This document shows, in pieces, positions 25,014-29,410 of a stretch of DNA of 29,410 bases. Numbering within the stretch: the stretch's first letter is position 1; the number at the start of each line of letters is the position of its first letter. Origin of the DNA: a virus; UHGV virus genome UHGV-0009628; one strand, written 5' to 3'. Below the pieces are notes generated by a model. It did not search any database. It worked only from the letters and a program-made list of their open reading frames with translations, and was not told the DNA's origin. The position numbers and the translations under genes are program-made.

Positions 25014-27453
25014 CAATGTAAAATTACAGGTATTGCTCAGGGCTGTTGACCAGGCATCCCGCCCGTTTAAATCCATCCGCACAGCGAGCAAATCGCTGTC
25101 GGGGGATATCCGGGAAACACAAAAATCACTGCGCGAGCTGAACGGTCAGGCATCCCGTATTGAGGGATTTCGCAAGACCAGTGCACAGCTCGCCGTGACT
25201 GGTCATGCACTTGAAAAGGCTCGGCAGGAAGCCGAAGCCCTTGCCACACAGTTTAAAAACACCGAACGTCCGACCCGTGCTCAGGCGAAAGTGCTGGAAT
25301 CCGCAAAGCGTGCGGCGGAGGACTTACAGGCGAAATATAACCGCCTGACGGATTCCGTTAAACGCCAGCAACGGGAACTGGCCGCTGTGGGAATTAATAC
25401 CCGCAATCTTGCACATGATGAGCAGGGACTGAAAAACCGTATCAGTGAAACCACCGCACAGCTTAACCGTCAGCGCGACGCGCTGGCGCGTGTCAGTGCG
25501 CAACAGGCAAAACTTAACGCAGTCAAACAGCGTTATCAGGCAGGCAAGGAACTGGCCGGAAATATGGCCTCGGTGGGCGCTGCCGGTGTGGGGATTGCTG
25601 CGGCGGGAACGATGGCCGGAGTTAAGCTGCTGATGCCCGGTTATGAGTTTGCGCAGAAAAACTCAGAATTGCAGGCTGTGCTCGGTGTGGCAAAAGACTC
25701 CGCCGAAATGGCTGCACTACGCAAGCAGGCGCGCCAGCTCGGCGACAATACCGCAGCCTCGGCAGATGATGCAGCCGGTGCGCAGATTATTATTGCGAAA
25801 GCCGGTGGGGATGTTGATGCCATTCAGGCGGCAACGCCGGTCACGCTGAATATGGCGCTGGCGAACCGTCGCACGATGGAAGAAAACGCCGCCCTGCTGA
25901 TGGGGATGAAATCCGCCTTTCAGCTTTCAAACGATAAGGTCGCTCATATCGGGGATGTTCTCTCCATGACGATGAACAAAACCGCCGCCGATTTTGATGG
26001 CATGAGCGATGCGCTGACCTATGCCGCACCTGTGGCAAAAAATGCTGGTGTCAGCATTGAAGAAACCGCCGCAATGGTCGGGGCGCTGCATGATGCAAAA
26101 ATTACCGGTTCAATGGCGGGGACGGGAAGCCGTGCCGTGTTAAGCCGCCTGCAGGCACCGACGGGAAAAGCAAGGGATGCACTGAAAGAGCTTGGCGTGA
26201 AAACCTCAGACAGTAAAGGGAATACTCGACCAGTATTTACCATTCTGAAAGAAATGCAGGCCAGTTTTGAGAAAAACCGGCTCGGTACTGCCCAGCAGGC
26301 TGAATACATGAAAACTATTTTCGGGGAGGAGGCCAGCTCAGCCGCCGCCGTGCTGATGACTGCCGCCTCAACCGGAAAGCTGGACAAACTGACCGCTGCG
26401 TTTAAAGCCTCAGACGGGAAGACCGCCGAGCTGGTAAATATCATGCAGGACAACCTCGGCGGTGACTTTAAGGAGTTTCAGTCCGCTTATGAGGCGGTGG
26501 GGACTGACCTGTTTGACCAGCAGGAAGGCGCACTGCGTAAGCTCACGCAGACGGCCACAAAGTATGTGTTAAAACTCGACGGCTGGATACAGAAAAACAA
26601 ATCACTGGCGTCAACCATCGGCATCATTGTCGGTGGTGCACTGGCGCTGATTGGTGTTATCGGTGCCATTGGCCTCGTAGCCTGGCCGGTTATCACCGGC
26701 ATCAATGCCATCATCGCGGCAGCAGGCGCAATGGGAGCAATCTTCACGACGGTTGGCAGTGCTGTTATGACGGCCATCGGGGCGATTAGCTGGCCGGTTG
26801 TGGCCGTGGTGGCCGCCATTGTCGCCGGGGCGTTACTTATCCGTAAATACTGGGAGCCTGTCAGCGCATTCTTTGGCGGTGTGGTGGAAGGGCTGAAAGC
26901 GGCATTTGCGCCGGTGGGGGAACTGTTCACGCCACTTAAGCCGGTGTTTGACTGGCTGGGCGAAAAGTTACAGGCCGCGTGGCAGTGGTTTAAAAACCTG
27001 ATTGCCCCGGTCAAAGCCACCCGGGACACCCTGAACCGTTGCCGTGATACGGGCGTCATGTTCGGGCAGGCACTGGCTGACGCGTTGATGCTGCCGCTTA
27101 ATGCGTTCAACAAACTGCGCAGCGGTATTGACTGGGTACTGGAAAAACTCGGTGTTATCAACAAAGAGTCAGACACACTTGACCAGACCGCCGCAAGGAC
27201 TCATGCCGCCACGTATGGCACCGGCGGTTATATTCCGGCGACCAGCTCTTATGCAGGCTATCAGGCTTATCAGCCGGTCACGGCACCGGCTGGTCGCTCT
27301 TATGTGGACCAGAGTAAAAACGAATATCACATCAACCTGACGGGCGGTACTGCGCCGGGGACACAGCTTGACCGCCAGTTACAGGATGCGCTCGAAAAAT
27401 ACGAGCGGGATAAACGTGCGCGCGCCCGTGCCAGCATGATGCATGACGGTTAA
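25006..27453 (+). CDS. T: Tail tape measure protein
   Basis: 815 aa; coiled-coil-rich N-terminal third, hydrophobic Gly/Ala-rich segments in the middle; same length and position as P2 T. Confidence 0.92.
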   Translation: MSNNVKLQVLLRAVDQASRPFKSIRTASKSLSGDIRETQKSLRELNGQASRIEGFRKTSAQLAVTGHALEKARQEAEALATQFKNTERPTRAQAKVLESAKRAAEDLQAKYNRLTDSVKRQQRELAAVGINTRNLAHDEQGLKNRISETTAQLNRQRDALARVSAQQAKLNAVKQRYQAGKELAGNMASVGAAGVGIAAAGTMAGVKLLMPGYEFAQKNSELQAVLGVAKDSAEMAALRKQARQLGDNTAASADDAAGAQIIIAKAGGDVDAIQAATPVTLNMALANRRTMEENAALLMGMKSAFQLSNDKVAHIGDVLSMTMNKTAADFDGMSDALTYAAPVAKNAGVSIEETAAMVGALHDAKITGSMAGTGSRAVLSRLQAPTGKARDALKELGVKTSDSKGNTRPVFTILKEMQASFEKNRLGTAQQAEYMKTIFGEEASSAAAVLMTAASTGKLDKLTAAFKASDGKTAELVNIMQDNLGGDFKEFQSAYEAVGTDLFDQQEGALRKLTQTATKYVLKLDGWIQKNKSLASTIGIIVGGALALIGVIGAIGLVAWPVITGINAIIAAAGAMGAIFTTVGSAVMTAIGAISWPVVAVVAAIVAGALLIRKYWEPVSAFFGGVVEGLKAAFAPVGELFTPLKPVFDWLGEKLQAAWQWFKNLIAPVKATRDTLNRCRDTGVMFGQALADALMLPLNAFNKLRSGIDWVLEKLGVINKESDTLDQTAARTHAATYGTGGYIPATSSYAGYQAYQPVTAPAGRSYVDQSKNEYHINLTGGTAPGTQLDRQLQDALEKYERDKRARARASMMHDG

Positions 27454-27467
27454 GGAGGTGACGAAAA

Positions 27468-27947
27468 ATGATGCTCGCGTTAGGTATGTTTGTTTTTATG
27501 CGCCAGACGTTGCCACACCAGACCATGCAGCGTGAATCTGATTATCGCTTGCCGTCAAATTCCCGTATCGGTAAACGGGATGCCTATCAGTTTCTCGGCG
27601 TTGGCGAGGAAAACATCACGCTTGCCGGTGTGCTTTATCCCGAACTGACCGGCGGCAAGCTGACGATGACCACGCTCAGGCTGATGGCAGAGGAAGGCCG
27701 GGCGTGGCCGTTGCTGGATGGCACCGGCATGATTTACGGCATGTATGTCATCAGCAGGGTGAGTGAAACAGGGAGTATTTTCTTTGCAGACGGCACACCC
27801 CGGAAAATTGATTTTACGCTGTCTCTCACCCGCGTTGATGAATCACTGGCCGCGCTTTATGGCGATATTGGTAAACAGGCGGAGTCGCTCATCGGTAAGG
27901 CCGGCAGTATGGCGACCAGATTCACGGGTATGACGGGGGCAGGATAA
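27468..27947 (+). CDS. U: Tail protein U
   Basis: 159 aa, AAGGAGGTG SD; same length and position as P2 U. Confidence 0.9.
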   Translation: MMLALGMFVFMRQTLPHQTMQRESDYRLPSNSRIGKRDAYQFLGVGEENITLAGVLYPELTGGKLTMTTLRLMAEEGRAWPLLDGTGMIYGMYVISRVSETGSIFFADGTPRKIDFTLSLTRVDESLAALYGDIGKQAESLIGKAGSMATRFTGMTGAG

Positions 27948-29110
27948 TGCTGGATGCGCTGACATTTGATGCAGGCAGTACGCTGACGCCGGATTACATG
28001 CTGATGCTCGACAGCAGGGATATTACCGGCAATATCAGCGACCGTCTGATGAGCATGACCCTGACGGATAACCGGGGCTTTGAGGCTGACCAGCTTGATA
28101 TTGAACTGAACGATGCCGACGGGCAGGTCGGGCTGCCGGTTCGTGGCGCTGTCCTGACGGTGTATATCGGCTGGAAAGGTTTTGCCCTGGTATGCAAAGG
28201 GAAATTTACCGTTGATGAGGTTGAACACCGGGGCGCGCCGGATGTGGTCACCATCCGCGCCCGGAGTGCAGATTTTCGCGGGACGCTCAATTCCCGCCGG
28301 GAAGGCTCCTGGCATGACACCACGCTCGGTGCGATTGTTGAGGCGATAGCCTCCCGTAACAAGCTGGAAGCCAGTGTCGCTCCGTCACTGGCCGGAATTA
28401 AAATCCCGCACATCGACCAGTCGCAGGAGTCTGATGTGAAATTCCTGACCCGTCTTGCTGAACGCAACGGCGGCGAGGTGTCGGTAAAAATGGGAAAACT
28501 GCTGTTTCTCAAAGCGGGGCAGGGGGTGACGGCCAGCGGTAAAAAAATCCCGCAGATTACCATCACCCGCAGCGACGGCGACCGTCATCATTTTGCGATT
28601 GCTGACCGCGGAGCTTACACCGGCGTAACGGCAAAGTGGTTACACACCAAAGACCCGAAGCCGCAAAAGCAGAAGGTAAAACTGAAACGCAAAAAGAAAG
28701 AGAAACACCTGCGCGCACTGGAGCACCCGAAAGCAAAACCGGTCACGCAGAAGAAAGCGCCAAAAGTACCGGAAGCGCGCGAAGGTGAATACATGGCCGG
28801 TGAGGCTGATAACGTTTTTGCCCTGACTACGGTATATGCCACGAAAGCACAGGCCATGCGCGCCGCTCAGGCGAAGTGGGATAAACTGCAACGGGGCGTT
28901 GCGGAGTTCTCCATCAGCCTGGCTACCGGTCGGGCAGATATTTACACGGAAACACCGGTCAAAGTGTCAGGCTTTAAGCGCGTCATAGACGAGCAGGACT
29001 GGACAATCACTAAGGTGACACATTTTCTGAATAATAGCGGCTTCACGACGTCCTTAGAGCTTGAGGTCAGGCTTTCTGATGTGGAGTACGAAACAGAAGA
29101 TGATGAGTGA
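27947..29110 (+). CDS. D: Tail protein D (baseplate hub-like late gene product)
   Basis: 387 aa, TAATG coupling with U; same length and position as P2 D. Confidence 0.9.
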   Translation: MLDALTFDAGSTLTPDYMLMLDSRDITGNISDRLMSMTLTDNRGFEADQLDIELNDADGQVGLPVRGAVLTVYIGWKGFALVCKGKFTVDEVEHRGAPDVVTIRARSADFRGTLNSRREGSWHDTTLGAIVEAIASRNKLEASVAPSLAGIKIPHIDQSQESDVKFLTRLAERNGGEVSVKMGKLLFLKAGQGVTASGKKIPQITITRSDGDRHHFAIADRGAYTGVTAKWLHTKDPKPQKQKVKLKRKKKEKHLRALEHPKAKPVTQKKAPKVPEAREGEYMAGEADNVFALTTVYATKAQAMRAAQAKWDKLQRGVAEFSISLATGRADIYTETPVKVSGFKRVIDEQDWTITKVTHFLNNSGFTTSLELEVRLSDVEYETEDDE

Positions 29111-29128
29111 TGTTTTTATTTTATCTGT

Positions 29129-29157
29129 TTGTTTTATAAGGATAATTTAACTAAGAT
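29129..29157 (+). promoter_or_regulatory. Candidate sigma70 promoter of ogr (-35 TTGTTT 29129-29134, 17-bp spacer, -10 TAAGAT 29152-29157)
   Basis: Hexamers and spacing read from the AT-rich D-ogr intergenic region; P2 ogr is known to have its own promoter. Confidence 0.35.
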
Positions 29158-29191
29158 GGCACCATCAACAAAACCGGAAGAGGTGCTCGCG

Positions 29192-29410
29192 ATGTTTCAT
29201 TGTCCTTTATGCCAGCATGCCGCACATGCGCGTACAAGTCGCTATATCACTGACACGACAAAAGAGCGTTATCATCAGTGCCAGAACGTGAATTGCAGCG
29301 CCACGTTCATCACTTATGAGTCGGTACAGCGATACATTGTGAAGCCGGGAGAAGTCCACGCCGTAAGGCCGCACCCGTTGCCATCAGGGCAGCAAATTAT
29401 GTGGATGTAA
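29192..29410 (+). CDS. ogr: Late-gene transcription activator Ogr (zinc-finger)
   Basis: 72 aa from ATG at 29192 with GGAAGAGG SD (track start 29129 is TTG); MFHCPLCQHAAHARTSRYITDTTKERYHQCQNVNCSATF carries the C-x2-C...C-x4-C finger and matches P2 Ogr as I recall it. Stop codon is the last three bases of the window. Confidence 0.9.
   Translation: MFHCPLCQHAAHARTSRYITDTTKERYHQCQNVNCSATFITYESVQRYIVKPGEVHAVRPHPLPSGQQIMWM

Larger units (their letters stand above)
51..29410. mobile_element. P2-like temperate myovirus prophage, from int-proximal att junction to ogr; distal junction outside window
   Basis: Full P2 gene order with matching protein lengths (Int 337, C 99, Cox 91, B 166, Q 344, P 590, O 284, N 357, M 247, L 169, X 67, Y 93, K 165, LysA 141, LysB 141, LysC 96, R 155, S 150, V 211, W 115, J 302, FI 396, FII 172, E 91, T 815, U 159, D 387, Ogr 72 aa). 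Frequent stop/start overlaps (ATGA, TAATG, TGATG) typical of phage operons. Confidence 0.93.

Noticed and set aside
26487-27176. 229-aa minus-strand ORF
   Set aside because: Antisense to the tape measure gene T in its Gly/Ala-rich region; shadow ORF.
27994-28566. 190-aa minus-strand ORF
   Set aside because: Antisense to D; shadow ORF.

Overview
The window is almost entirely one P2-like (Peduovirus-type) temperate myovirus prophage of an enterobacterial host, running from its integrase-proximal junction (att core at 51-77) to the stop codon of ogr at the window end; the distal junction lies beyond the window. Gene order and protein lengths follow the P2 map: int, C, cox, B, orf80-83, A, [cargo], cos, Q, P, O, N, M, L, X, Y, K, lysA, lysB, lysC, R, S, V, W, J, I, H, G, FI, FII, E/E+E', T, U, D, ogr. 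Calls rest on synteny, length agreement and recognisable motifs; no database search was run. Many ORF-track starts are TTG/GTG extensions, so starts were moved to the first in-frame ATG with a Shine-Dalgarno where this restores the P2-like length (C, P, O, L, X, G, A, ogr, orf80, orf81). The main finding is an AT-rich three-gene cassette at 6037-8196, sitting in the slot between replication gene A and cos where P2 carries orf91/tin/old. It encodes a protein with GHKL/anti-sigma-factor-kinase-like ATPase motifs, a small STAS-like protein and a single-pass membrane protein; I read it as a candidate, apparently undescribed, partner-switching-type anti-phage or exclusion module. Secondary observations: four tandem 132-bp repeats and a glycine-rich distal domain in tail fibre H, a near-empty G-FI (Z/fun) slot, a T_TTT_TTG -1 frameshift site for E+E', and lysC embedded in lysB.
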